Source: Myxococcota bacterium | Lineage (GTDB): Bacteria; Myxococcota; XYA12-FULL-58-9; JALHOP01 | Assembly: GCA_041288095.1 (NCBI GenBank) | Contig: JBGGMJ010000082.1 | Location: forward strand, 1 to 64,000 | Reading direction: 5' to 3' | Length of the DNA stretch: 64,000 bases | Shown: piece after piece, positions 48,683 to 57,998 of the stretch | How positions within the stretch are numbered: the first letter of the stretch is position 1 | Layout of the letters: the number at the start of each line of letters is the position of its first letter | The notes under the pieces: generated by a model | What the model was told of the DNA's origin: nothing | Seen by the model: the letters and a program-made list of their open reading frames with translations, nothing else | The model's database searches: none | Translations under genes and position numbers: made by a program

Positions 48683-49876
48683 CTAGTTGACCAGCCGCGT
48701 CTCTTCCAGCAGCTGCATGGCGATATCGACCGCCTTCTTGGCCTTCTCGCGCACCTTGTCAGCGGTCTCGACGCCCGACATCGCGCTCTTCTGCGCGTCG
48801 TTGAGCTGGCCAACCTCGGCCTTGAGACGGTCGCGCTCGCCGGCGACCTCTTTGAGCTTGTCGACGAGCTGAGCGATCTTGTCGGTCAGCTCGTTGCGCT
48901 CACCGCCGATGCTCTCGGCCTTCGCTTGCGTGTCGCGCATCTGAGCGCGCGCCGCTTCGGCATCGGCCTGCGCCTTCTGGGCGTCCTGCTGGTACTTGGC
49001 GATCTCGCGCTCGACCTGGGTGAGCTTCTTCTTGGATTCGAGCGCGTCACGGGCGCGAGCGCTCTCGGCGAGCAGGCGGTCGTTGAACGCGACCTCCTTT
49101 TCCTGGGCCTCTTGCTCGAGCTTCTGCACGCGGGCGCGAAGTTGCTTCACCTCGTTGCGCAGGCCGTTGAGCTCGGCGTCGCTCTGCGGATTGCTCTTGG
49201 CCACGCTCGTCGATGGCGCCGGGGACGTGGCCGCTGGAGCGGACTGGGCGCGGCTCGGCGCCGGCTCCGCGATGGAGACACTGGCGCTGTCGGACGAAAA
49301 CAGCTCTTTGGCCCGCTCGGTATCGCGCGACTTGGCGCCGCTGTCTTCGCCCTCGAAGCTGACGTCGAGAAACTCCTCGTCATCGGCCGGCGCTGGAGCT
49401 GGAGCGGCGGCGCGGCGGGTCGCGGGCTGCGGCGCGTTGTTGGGAATCTCGACTTCGAGCTCGTCGATCGAGACTTCGACCTCGTGCGCCGCGGAGCTGG
49501 CGGAGCCGAGCTTCACGTACTGGCCCACGGAGCTCATGATGAGGTCCATGGTGAACGGCTTCTTGATGTAGGCCTCGGCGCGGGTGCGCAGCTTCTTGTG
49601 CTGCTCGAAGGTCTCCTCGGTCGCCTGGCTCGAGGTGAGAATGAGCGGAATGGAAGCCATCCCCCCATCCTTCTTGAGCTTGTTGCAGACCGAATAGCCG
49701 CTGCCGCGCGTCAGCTCGACGCACAGGATGATGAGGTCGGGCTTGTTGGTGCGCACATACTCGAGGCCGTCGGTGCCGTCCGCGGTCACGTGGCTGTCGA
49801 CGCCGCGGGCCGCCAGAGCGTCTCTCAGGGCCTGCGCGACCGCGGGCTCGCTGTCGATGATGAGAACGTTCGCCAT
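48683..49876 (-). CDS. FrzS/AglZ-like pseudo-receiver with C-terminal coiled coil
   Basis: Receiver with Cys at the phospho-Asp site (LIILCVEL), GYSVCNKLKK, QHKKL..AEAYIKKP; acidic linker; long coiled coil. Confidence 0.8.
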   Translation of the reverse strand: MANVLIIDSEPAVAQALRDALAARGVDSHVTADGTDGLEYVRTNKPDLIILCVELTRGSGYSVCNKLKKDGGMASIPLILTSSQATEETFEQHKKLRTRAEAYIKKPFTMDLIMSSVGQYVKLGSASSAAHEVEVSIDELEVEIPNNAPQPATRRAAAPAPAPADDEEFLDVSFEGEDSGAKSRDTERAKELFSSDSASVSIAEPAPSRAQSAPAATSPAPSTSVAKSNPQSDAELNGLRNEVKQLRARVQKLEQEAQEKEVAFNDRLLAESARARDALESKKKLTQVEREIAKYQQDAQKAQADAEAARAQMRDTQAKAESIGGERNELTDKIAQLVDKLKEVAGERDRLKAEVGQLNDAQKSAMSGVETADKVREKAKKAVDIAMQLLEETRLVN

Positions 49877-49994
49877 GGCGCGATTATGTCGCCCAGCCGA
49901 CACAGGGGCAAGGAAAGCCGCAGCCCTGTCGGCAGAAGTTGGCGCGGTAGGCTAATTTGCCCCGTCAGCGGATCCTTGCTACCAAACTCGTTCG

Positions 49995-52244
49995 ATGCCC
50001 CTCGCCATCCATCGTCCGTATCCCGGCGTTGCGCTGGTCGTGACCGATGACGGCTCGGTCCTGTTGGGCGCACCCGCGGACGCCTTCAAGGCAGTGAAGG
50101 CGTACTGCACCAAGCACACGATCCCGTTCCCCAGGATCTTGGTGGCTCCGCGACAGACGCTGGCGCATGCGACGCCGCAGTTCGTGCCCGAGTTTTTCCT
50201 CTACGATTTTCTCTTCGTCTACGGCGCGGCCTTCAAGCCCGACCTCGCCAATGAACGCATGGTCCTGGTCGTCGACTCGCATCGCGAGAAAGGCGAGCGC
50301 GACGCTTTGCGCATGACCCTCCTGGGCCCCACGGCCGCGGAGCTCGAGAGCTATCGCGACAGCCAAGGTCGGCCGGCAATGAGCCAAGCCGACATGGACG
50401 TCCTCTCCGCCATCAGCGGACACATGGCGGTCAAGCGCGGCGGCGCGGTGATGCAAGTCGAGGACATGGTGCGCACCGTCACCTTCGCGGCCGACGGCAG
50501 CGCCAGCTTGTTCGACGGGCGCCTGAAGCTCACTCGCGACGCAGGCAGCGGCATCACGATCAAGGTCGGTGACCAGCAAGAAGTCGTCGACCTGACCGTT
50601 CCAGCGGGCATCACGCCTTTCAACACCCTGCCCACTCCAGCGGCGCCCCTCTTGCCGTTACGCTTCGGCATTCAATCGCTCGGCGTCCGCAGCGGCTTCG
50701 ACCTCACCGGGCCGACCACGGGCTTTCTCTTCTGGGTGAACGGCCGTGGCGTCCTCTTCGACGGGCCAGCGCGCACCCGGAGCCTGCTCGACAGCCAAGG
50801 CATCGCTTTCGCCGACATCGACGCGCTGATCCTCTCGCATTGCCACGAAGATCACATGAACAGCTTCGTGGAGCTGACCACCACGGGCCACCGGCCCCGC
50901 GTCTACACGACGGAAGCCATCTACCGAAGCGCCCTGATCAAGCTCGCCAACTACTTCGACAGCACGCCCGACGAGGTCGCGAAGCTCGTCGACTACCACC
51001 GCGTCACCCCAGGCGAGCCCGTCGAGATTGCCGGCGCCACCTTCGACTTCTTCTACACCGTGCACCCGATCCCGACCCTCGGCGTCGACGTGGGCCTGCG
51101 TGACGAAGCCGGTCAGGCACATCGCATCGTCGTCAGCGGTGACACCATCCACCTCGACGGCCTCGCCAAGATGAGCGAGGCCGGCGTGGTTCCGTCCGAG
51201 ATGGCGGACCGATTGACCCGGCTGGTGCCCGACGAGAAGGTGCCGCGCAGCCTCTTCTTCACCGACGTCGGCGAAGCGCTCATCCACGGCCATCCGAAGG
51301 ACTGGCAGAAGAGCGCCAACCACGTGGTCTACTACCACTGCCCCGACAACGAGCACACGCGCGGGTTCGGGCAGGAGATCGGTACGCCGGGCAAGGTCTA
51401 CACCTTGATCGAGGGGCTGCCTGCCGCCGCTCTCGCTCCGCAACGGATCGTCGCCGCGCTCGGCGAGATGACCTTCTTCGGGCCTGGGTTTTTGGCCGAA
51501 GGTTTGTTTCGCGGCAGACTGCGCGAAGTGCCGGCGGGCGGCGTGCTTGCCACCGCTGGTCAAGCTTCGGGCTTGCGCGACACGCTCACGGTGATCGTCG
51601 CGGGCACCGCGTCGTCGTTGGTGAGCGACGCCACCACCCCCGCCACGGGCCAGGCGCACGTGTTGCGGCCCGGCGACTTCTTCGGAGTCTTCGAGAGCAT
51701 CGACAGCGGCGGCCGCGCCAACGCCACCATCACGGCGATCACTCCGATGGTCGTCATCGACCTCCCGGGCGACCTCGTCGACAACGCTATCGCGGAGAGC
51801 GGCGCCGACGACAGCGTCGACCGCATGCGCACGGTCCGCCCGCTCCTCGACAGCGCGGCGCTGTTCTCGAGCCTGTCGATTCCGGACCGCTCGCTGCTCG
51901 CCAAGAGCGGCATCGAGGAGCGCTATCCGGCCGGCGAGATCATCATGCACCAGGGTCAGATGGCCGATGACTTCTTCGTCCTCGTGCAAGGGGACGTCGA
52001 GCTCAAGCGCGGCGAGCGTTTGGTCGCTCAAGTAGCGGCCGACTCACGCGACAACTTCTTCGGCGAGCAAACCGCCGTCTACTCGAGCAAGGCGCGCGAG
52101 ATCACCGCGCGGGCGCTGACTCCAGCCCGGGTCGTTCGCATCCCCGGGCGTGAGCTGCGCAAGATGTTCTTTACGCGCAGCATGGCGCTGCATCAGACGC
52201 TGGCGCGGACGATGGATGAGCGCACGCGCCGGGCCGGCGCCTAA
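49995..52244 (+). CDS. MBL-fold hydrolase fused to two cNMP-binding domains (putative cyclic nucleotide phosphodiesterase)
   Basis: SHCHEDH, HPIPT, SGDT; cNMP motifs PGDFFG...GRANA and FFGE...AREITA. Confidence 0.8.
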   Translation: MPLAIHRPYPGVALVVTDDGSVLLGAPADAFKAVKAYCTKHTIPFPRILVAPRQTLAHATPQFVPEFFLYDFLFVYGAAFKPDLANERMVLVVDSHREKGERDALRMTLLGPTAAELESYRDSQGRPAMSQADMDVLSAISGHMAVKRGGAVMQVEDMVRTVTFAADGSASLFDGRLKLTRDAGSGITIKVGDQQEVVDLTVPAGITPFNTLPTPAAPLLPLRFGIQSLGVRSGFDLTGPTTGFLFWVNGRGVLFDGPARTRSLLDSQGIAFADIDALILSHCHEDHMNSFVELTTTGHRPRVYTTEAIYRSALIKLANYFDSTPDEVAKLVDYHRVTPGEPVEIAGATFDFFYTVHPIPTLGVDVGLRDEAGQAHRIVVSGDTIHLDGLAKMSEAGVVPSEMADRLTRLVPDEKVPRSLFFTDVGEALIHGHPKDWQKSANHVVYYHCPDNEHTRGFGQEIGTPGKVYTLIEGLPAAALAPQRIVAALGEMTFFGPGFLAEGLFRGRLREVPAGGVLATAGQASGLRDTLTVIVAGTASSLVSDATTPATGQAHVLRPGDFFGVFESIDSGGRANATITAITPMVVIDLPGDLVDNAIAESGADDSVDRMRTVRPLLDSAALFSSLSIPDRSLLAKSGIEERYPAGEIIMHQGQMADDFFVLVQGDVELKRGERLVAQVAADSRDNFFGEQTAVYSSKAREITARALTPARVVRIPGRELRKMFFTRSMALHQTLARTMDERTRRAGA

Positions 52245-52292
52245 TTTACCGCGCCGCGGGGGCGGCGCGAAGGTCCCTCCGCGTGCCGGCGG

Positions 52293-53075
52293 CTACCGCA
52301 TGTTCGCGGTGAGCACCGTCGACAGCTCGCGCTCCGGTAGGTCACTGACCACCGAATAAACCAACCCCTGCGAGTACCACTGCGCCGTCGTGTAGCCGCG
52401 CACTTGGCGGATGAGGACGCGCCGATCGCCGATCTGGTAGCCCGGGATCACCTCGGAGAAGCGTGGATGCGCATCGGGGTACACGAACACGGACATGCGG
52501 CCGCCCGGCAGGTCGTAGCGGACATAGGCGGCTTCGCGGTTGGAGAGGTCGATGACGCGGCCGCCGAGCTCGACCGAGATGGGTTGGTTGCGGACGATGT
52601 CGGGGACGTGGACCGCGAACGGCAGCTTGCCGTGGAAGTACTGCTCGACCTTCACCAGATCGCCCGCGATGACGTCCATCGGCAGGTTGCGGGCGTGGCG
52701 GACGGCGGCTTCTTCGAGGTCTTGAGCTTCGGCGTTGCCGGTCGTGCCCTGCCAGATGAACGACGCCAAAATGGCGGCGGCGGAGACTGCGGGCCATGTG
52801 CGTTGCCAGGCGAGGTGGCGGCGCCTCTCGCGAGCGCAGGCCTGGCCCACCTTGTTACGCAAGCTATCGGGACACTCGTCGACCTCGCCAGCGCGGCGCA
52901 CCGCGAGCCGTAGCTGGCCTTCGCGCTGCAAGTCTGTCCGGCATTGCGGACAGCCGTAGAGGTGATGCTCAACTTCGGACGCTTGTTGGCTATCGAGCTC
53001 CTCATCGAGGAGCCACGGGATCGCCCGTTTCACTTCGTCGCACGTCATCATGCGATTGTCCGACGCAGAGCTCAT
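52293..53075 (-). CDS. Zinc-binding (ZAS/zf-HC2) transmembrane anti-sigma factor
   Basis: C..V...LDEEL, HLYGCPQC, TM helix, periplasmic domain; follows the ECF sigma. Confidence 0.88.
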   Translation of the reverse strand: MSSASDNRMMTCDEVKRAIPWLLDEELDSQQASEVEHHLYGCPQCRTDLQREGQLRLAVRRAGEVDECPDSLRNKVGQACARERRRHLAWQRTWPAVSAAAILASFIWQGTTGNAEAQDLEEAAVRHARNLPMDVIAGDLVKVEQYFHGKLPFAVHVPDIVRNQPISVELGGRVIDLSNREAAYVRYDLPGGRMSVFVYPDAHPRFSEVIPGYQIGDRRVLIRQVRGYTTAQWYSQGLVYSVVSDLPERELSTVLTANMR

Positions 53076-53078
53076 CGC

Positions 53079-53726
53079 TTACCCACTCTTGCGCCGTCTG
53101 AAGGCTTGGAGATCGAGCACTTCGCGTTCCTCTGCTCGTGCCCCCGGTTTGATGATACCCCGCTCGACCGCGAGGCCGGCGAGTTTTTGTTCTAGCAAAC
53201 GGCGTCCGCGATAGAGGCGGCTCATGACCGTGCCGACCGGTACGTCCACCGCCTCGGCGATGTCCTTGTACGGCAGCCCTTCGAGGTCGCAGAGCACCAC
53301 GACGCTGCGGAAATCCTCGGGCAGCGAATCGAGCGCCTTCACGACGTCGTCGGAGAGCATGTGCTCGACGTACGCCGCCTCGGGATGCGCGGCGAGCTGC
53401 CGCGAGGCTTCGCTGCGCAGCTGCGACGCGACGTCTTCTTGGGTCGCTCCCTCGAGGATCTCGCGCTCACGCTTTTGCCGGCGGTAGCGGTGAATGAAGG
53501 TGTGCGTCAGGACCGTGTAGATCCAAGCCTTGAAGTTGGTGCCGCGCTCGAACTTGTCTTGGAAGCGCAGCGCCCGCACGACCGTGTCATGGACCAAGTC
53601 TTCGGCGAGAGCCTTGTCGCGCGTATAGCGCAGCGCGACGCGAAACATCCCGTCTAGGTGCTGCTCGATGAGGGCTTGGAACTCATCGAGTTGCTTGGCT
53701 TTTTTGCCGAAGCCGAGAAAACCCAT
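53079..53726 (-). CDS. ECF sigma factor (SigR/SigH/RpoE1-like)
   Basis: AEDLVHDT, GTNFKAWIY, LPEDFR, PVGTVMSRLYRGR. Confidence 0.93.
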   Translation of the reverse strand: MGFLGFGKKAKQLDEFQALIEQHLDGMFRVALRYTRDKALAEDLVHDTVVRALRFQDKFERGTNFKAWIYTVLTHTFIHRYRRQKREREILEGATQEDVASQLRSEASRQLAAHPEAAYVEHMLSDDVVKALDSLPEDFRSVVVLCDLEGLPYKDIAEAVDVPVGTVMSRLYRGRRLLEQKLAGLAVERGIIKPGARAEEREVLDLQAFRRRKSG

Positions 53727-53734
53727 GTGATAGG

Positions 53735-53760
53735 AACGTGCCTCCCGGTGGGATTATTCC
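53735..53760 (-). promoter_or_regulatory. Autoregulatory SigR/SigH-type promoter
   Basis: Minus strand GGAAT-N18-GTT, ending 8 nt before the ATG. Confidence 0.75.
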
Positions 53761-53797
53761 CGACCCGGGGGCCTACGTCTATGGCTGCCGATCCCGC

Positions 53798-54901
53798 CTA
53801 GATGGCGGGCCGGTATTCGAGCTTGAGGGCCTCGGCGACCGCCTTGTAGGCGATGAAGCCGTTGTGGGTCGTCAGACCTCCCGCAAGGTGCGGATCGCGC
53901 TTGCAGGCCTCGATGGCGCCGAGGTCGGCGAGCTGGATGGCGAAGCGCGAGGTCACATTGGTGAGACCATAGGTCGAGGTGTGCGCCACCGCGCCCGGCA
54001 TGTTGGTCACGCCGTAGTGCAGAACGCCGTCGACCACGTAGGTCGGCGCCTCGTGCGTCGTACCCTTGATGGTCTCGATGCAGCCGCCCTGATCGATGGC
54101 GACGTCGACGATGACCGAGCCGTCTTCCATCTCGGACACGAGCTTGCGCGAGACCAGCGACGGCGCGCGCGCACCCGGGACGAGGACGGCGCCAATCAAC
54201 AGGTCGGCGCGGCGCACTTCCTCCGAGATGGTGTCGGGATTCGAGTGCAAGAGGTTCACACGGCTGCCCAAGATGTCGTCGAGGTACTCGAGGCGCGGAA
54301 CGTTGATGTCGATGATGCTGACGATGGCGCCGAGACCGATGGCGATCTTGGCCGCCGCGAGGCCGACGGTACCGCCGCCGAGGACGACGACGCGACCACG
54401 GCGCACCCCGGGCAGGCCACCAAGCAGGACGCCCTTACCGCCGCGCGCCTTCTCCAGCAGCGTCGCACCGATCTGCGTGCTCATCTTGCCGGCGACGATC
54501 GACATCGGCTGCAAGAGCGGCAACGAGCCGTCCGCGGCGGTGATGGTCTCGTACGCTACGGCGGTCACTTTCTTTTCGATCAACACCGGCGCGAGCTCGG
54601 GCACCGCGGCCAGGTGGAAGTACGTGAAGATGGTTTGCTTCGGCTGGATGAGCCCGTGCTCGGCGACGATCGGCTCCTTCACCTTCATGATCATCTCGCC
54701 GCGCTTCCACACTTCGGCGGCCGAGTTGATGATGGTGGCACCCGCTTCTTCGTAGTGCTTGTCGGTGATGCCGCTGCCGGTGCCCGCGTTGGTCTCGATG
54801 AGGACCTGGTGGCCGCGCGACTTCAGCATGCGCACGCCGGCTGGGGTGATGGCGACGCGGTACTCGTGGACTTTGACTTCCTTCGGCACACCGATGATCA
54901 C
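53798..54901 (-). CDS. ald: Alanine dehydrogenase (GTG start)
   Basis: IGVPKEVK.HEYRV, VKEP, TYFHLA, GGGTVG, DVAIDQGGC, NMPGAV. Confidence 0.96.
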   Translation of the reverse strand: MIIGVPKEVKVHEYRVAITPAGVRMLKSRGHQVLIETNAGTGSGITDKHYEEAGATIINSAAEVWKRGEMIMKVKEPIVAEHGLIQPKQTIFTYFHLAAVPELAPVLIEKKVTAVAYETITAADGSLPLLQPMSIVAGKMSTQIGATLLEKARGGKGVLLGGLPGVRRGRVVVLGGGTVGLAAAKIAIGLGAIVSIIDINVPRLEYLDDILGSRVNLLHSNPDTISEEVRRADLLIGAVLVPGARAPSLVSRKLVSEMEDGSVIVDVAIDQGGCIETIKGTTHEAPTYVVDGVLHYGVTNMPGAVAHTSTYGLTNVTSRFAIQLADLGAIEACKRDPHLAGGLTTHNGFIAYKAVAEALKLEYRPAI

Positions 54902-54953
54902 GGGCGACTCCTGAAATTAGCGCGGGCGATATATAGCGCGGCGTCGCGGGCGT

Positions 54954-56438
54954 CTAGCGTCTTCGGTTCAGGCGATCCAGAGCCTCTTGCAGCTCCTTGC
55001 GCGTCGACGGCTCGCTCGGCCCCGAGGTGCAGCCCTGCTTGGTGAGCCTGTCGAGCTGCGTCGTGATGACCTTGCTCACGTGCTCCTTCATCTGCGGGCT
55101 CTTGTCGGCCATGTCGCTCAGCGCCCGCACCAGGTGCCAGGTGCCCCGCTCCCGCATGAGCGCGGCGACCTTGTCTACTTGCGCCGGCGTCGGATCGGCG
55201 CAGTGCCCGAGCGCGTACGCGGCGCTCGACTGCACGGTCATTTGCTGCGACCGCGTGACGATCGAGGTGAGCACGTCGCACCTGCGGCCCTCCGGCTTCT
55301 GGTTGTCGCGGATCAGCCAATCCATGACCTCTTTCATGGTGCTGTGGTCGCGCAGGTCGGCGGAGTCGGCGTGCTCGAGGTAATCGTAGGCGACCGCCGC
55401 GCGGCGCTCCGGCGGCAAGATGCGTAAGAGGTCGTTCGCGCAATCGTACTTCTTCATGAAGAGCGAATTGCCTTGGCGCAGGCAGCTGGCGACCGCGACG
55501 TCGAGGTTCGGGACGTTGCCTTCCTTGCCGAGAACGTTCGCGATGTCGTCGACGGCTTCGGCGGGAGTACCCGGACTCGCGATGAGGAAGAGCCAGGTGT
55601 CGAGGGCCTCGGCCCGCGACAAGCCGGTGAACGCTTGCGACACACGCGCCAGCGCACCAAGCACCTTGTCGTCGTACTCGTTGCGCATGGCGTAGAGGAG
55701 CACGCGTTGCGTCTGCACGTTGACGCGGGCGACGGGCTCCAGCTCTTGCAGGCAGTGCAGACGCACAGCCGGCGACGGGTCGCGCAAGACACAGCGCTCG
55801 AGGGCTTTGCGGGCGGCGAGCTCGTCGAAGGCCGCCGACGACAGGCCGGTCACCGCCTTGAGGCGATCGCTGTCGTGATTGCGCGGATCGATGAGCGTCG
55901 CCAGCAGCTTCGAAGGCTTCGGCACGTCAGGCGTGGTCAGCTTCGGCCATTGCCAAAGCTGGGGCACCTGCGGCTCGCCGACATCGTTTATCTGTAGCGG
56001 CAAGGCGACCTGACGTAGCTCGGGCGCGAGCAACTGGTTCAAGCGGTTCGCCACCTGATTGGCGAGCTTCTCCATCACGCGCTGCATCTCCTGCATGCCG
56101 CGCTTGCCCACCGGCTCCGTGCCCGAAACGTGGAAGCTCGGCAGGTCCTGCCGCTTGCCGGGACCGAAGGTCATGTAGATGGAGAAGTCTTCGGCTTCCT
56201 CGATGAAGCGGCCCGACACGAGCAGCGTGTAATCGCCCTGCTTCAAGCCGGCGAAGTCGCTCTTCACGAGCTGCATGTCACCGCGCTGCAAAAGCGGACT
56301 GACCGCGGCGTTGTCGAGGATACGCTCGACGTCCTTGAGCTCGATGGGCTTCCACGTCCGGGTCTCGACGCTGACCACGTATTTGACGACCGGCGGTTGG
56401 AACGCCGCGACCAGGGTGGCGAGGATCAGCGCGTTCAT
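54954..56438 (-). CDS. Exported HEAT-repeat-like protein, paralog 2
   Basis: Short signal-like N-terminus; DPSPAVRLHCL; collinear with the upstream gene. Confidence 0.75.
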   Translation of the reverse strand: MNALILATLVAAFQPPVVKYVVSVETRTWKPIELKDVERILDNAAVSPLLQRGDMQLVKSDFAGLKQGDYTLLVSGRFIEEAEDFSIYMTFGPGKRQDLPSFHVSGTEPVGKRGMQEMQRVMEKLANQVANRLNQLLAPELRQVALPLQINDVGEPQVPQLWQWPKLTTPDVPKPSKLLATLIDPRNHDSDRLKAVTGLSSAAFDELAARKALERCVLRDPSPAVRLHCLQELEPVARVNVQTQRVLLYAMRNEYDDKVLGALARVSQAFTGLSRAEALDTWLFLIASPGTPAEAVDDIANVLGKEGNVPNLDVAVASCLRQGNSLFMKKYDCANDLLRILPPERRAAVAYDYLEHADSADLRDHSTMKEVMDWLIRDNQKPEGRRCDVLTSIVTRSQQMTVQSSAAYALGHCADPTPAQVDKVAALMRERGTWHLVRALSDMADKSPQMKEHVSKVITTQLDRLTKQGCTSGPSEPSTRKELQEALDRLNRRR

Positions 56439-57979
56439 CGGCTCCGCTCCTTTCGATCTTGCTCGCGGCGATCTATCTGCTCGAGCTCTTTCTCGAGCCA
56501 AGGGACGTCGGCGGCCTTGTCGTAGTTGCCGGTGGCGCTCATCTCGGCGACGCGGTTCTTGATGAGCGTTCGCAGCTCGGGGTTCTGCTCGTAGAGGCGC
56601 CGCAAGCCGGCGATGCCCGCGCGCTCGCCGCCCGTCTGCACCGACTGCGCCAGCCGCTGCACCAGCTGCTCGCTGGGCACGCCGTAGTCCGCGATAGCGT
56701 CAATCGCCGAATACGAAAGCTCGCGCAGGTAACGCTGCCACAAGACGTCTTCGAGTTGTGGATCGAGCTTGCACGCGGGCTTGAGCACCGCTTCGAAGCC
56801 CCACTGCCAATCGGTGCCGCTCGAGCCTTCACCCTTGCCCGCGCCCCGCAGGTAAGCGGGCGAGTGCTGATTGGTCTCCTTGAGATACGGCCACAAGATG
56901 GCGCGGCGGCGCTTCACATCGAGCGGCTCCATCAGCTCGATGCAGTCGCGATGGGTGCGCTGGTACTGCTCCATCTTGTGCACGGCGGCGAAGCAGCGCG
57001 CGATCGTCGCGTCGAGGTTCGGGACATCGCCCAGCGACTTCAGTGGGCCATGGGCGCGTCCGGTGTTGCCGGTGCGCTCGAGCCAGGCTTGAATCGCTTC
57101 CTGCCGCGACATGCCGCTGAAGTACTCCATCTGGCTGCTCGCCTCCTGCATCACCTTGCTGTCCTTGTCGGTGCGGAAGACGTTGATGACGACACGCTGG
57201 GTGGGGACGAGCTTCCGCGATGACGGACGCAGGCCGATGAGGCACTCCAAGCGCACCTCGGGGTCGGGGTGTTTCGTCGCGCAGTGCTCGAGACCATTGC
57301 GGCGCGACGGCGTGACCAGCGCCTCCGAGATGAGGAGGCGCAGCGTCTGCGCGCGCCGCTCGCTGTTCTTGCCGAAGAGCTCCTGGGTTTCGGCTTGCGG
57401 CGGCTCGGGGACGCGCAGCTCACCCCAGCTCCACGGGATCGTCGGGACCTCGAGCGTTGCTTTCGGATCGTCGGGTTTTGGAGGCGCCGTGTCGAGCGTG
57501 CCGGTGGGGGTGAGCCGCGACAGGGCCGGCTTCAAGACGGCGAGCAGCTGCTCCGCCGCCATGCGCGTCGAGGCTTCGATACGCTTGCGCATCTCATCGA
57601 GCGGGATCTTTCCAATCACCACGGTGCCGGCGGCGCGAAAGCTCCCGACTTCGGCTTTGTCACGCGCTTCGAAGCCCAGCTGGATGGTGTGCGTCTCCGA
57701 CTCGCCGACCATGCGCCCGGAGACGCGGAGCAAGTAGTCGCCGCGCGCGTTCGCGAGGTCCTTGGGCTCGACCTTGGTCAGGCGCAACACGCCGGCACGC
57801 GTAAGCACGTCGAGGGCGGTCTGTTCGATGACGCGCTCGATGTCGCCGCGATTGATCGGCTCCCAGTAAGTCTTCTCTTCTTCGGCGACGTAGATGGCGC
57901 TGACCGCGACGGCGCGCGCCTCGCCTGCCGCGAGCAAGAGGCCCGCGGCGACGAACAATCCCAGGGGGGTCTTGCACAT
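56435..57979 (-). CDS. Exported HEAT-repeat-like protein, paralog 1
   Basis: Signal peptide ending ARA; HPDPEVRLECL; ATGA overlap with paralog 2. Confidence 0.75.
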   Translation of the reverse strand: MCKTPLGLFVAAGLLLAAGEARAVAVSAIYVAEEEKTYWEPINRGDIERVIEQTALDVLTRAGVLRLTKVEPKDLANARGDYLLRVSGRMVGESETHTIQLGFEARDKAEVGSFRAAGTVVIGKIPLDEMRKRIEASTRMAAEQLLAVLKPALSRLTPTGTLDTAPPKPDDPKATLEVPTIPWSWGELRVPEPPQAETQELFGKNSERRAQTLRLLISEALVTPSRRNGLEHCATKHPDPEVRLECLIGLRPSSRKLVPTQRVVINVFRTDKDSKVMQEASSQMEYFSGMSRQEAIQAWLERTGNTGRAHGPLKSLGDVPNLDATIARCFAAVHKMEQYQRTHRDCIELMEPLDVKRRRAILWPYLKETNQHSPAYLRGAGKGEGSSGTDWQWGFEAVLKPACKLDPQLEDVLWQRYLRELSYSAIDAIADYGVPSEQLVQRLAQSVQTGGERAGIAGLRRLYEQNPELRTLIKNRVAEMSATGNYDKAADVPWLEKELEQIDRREQDRKERSR

Positions 57980-57998
57980 GGCCGGCGAGCCTAGCCGA

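Noticed and set aside
52250..52269. GC hairpin CGCGCCGC-GGGG-GCGGCGCG between convergent genes
   Set aside because: Plausible terminator but no convincing U-tract on either side
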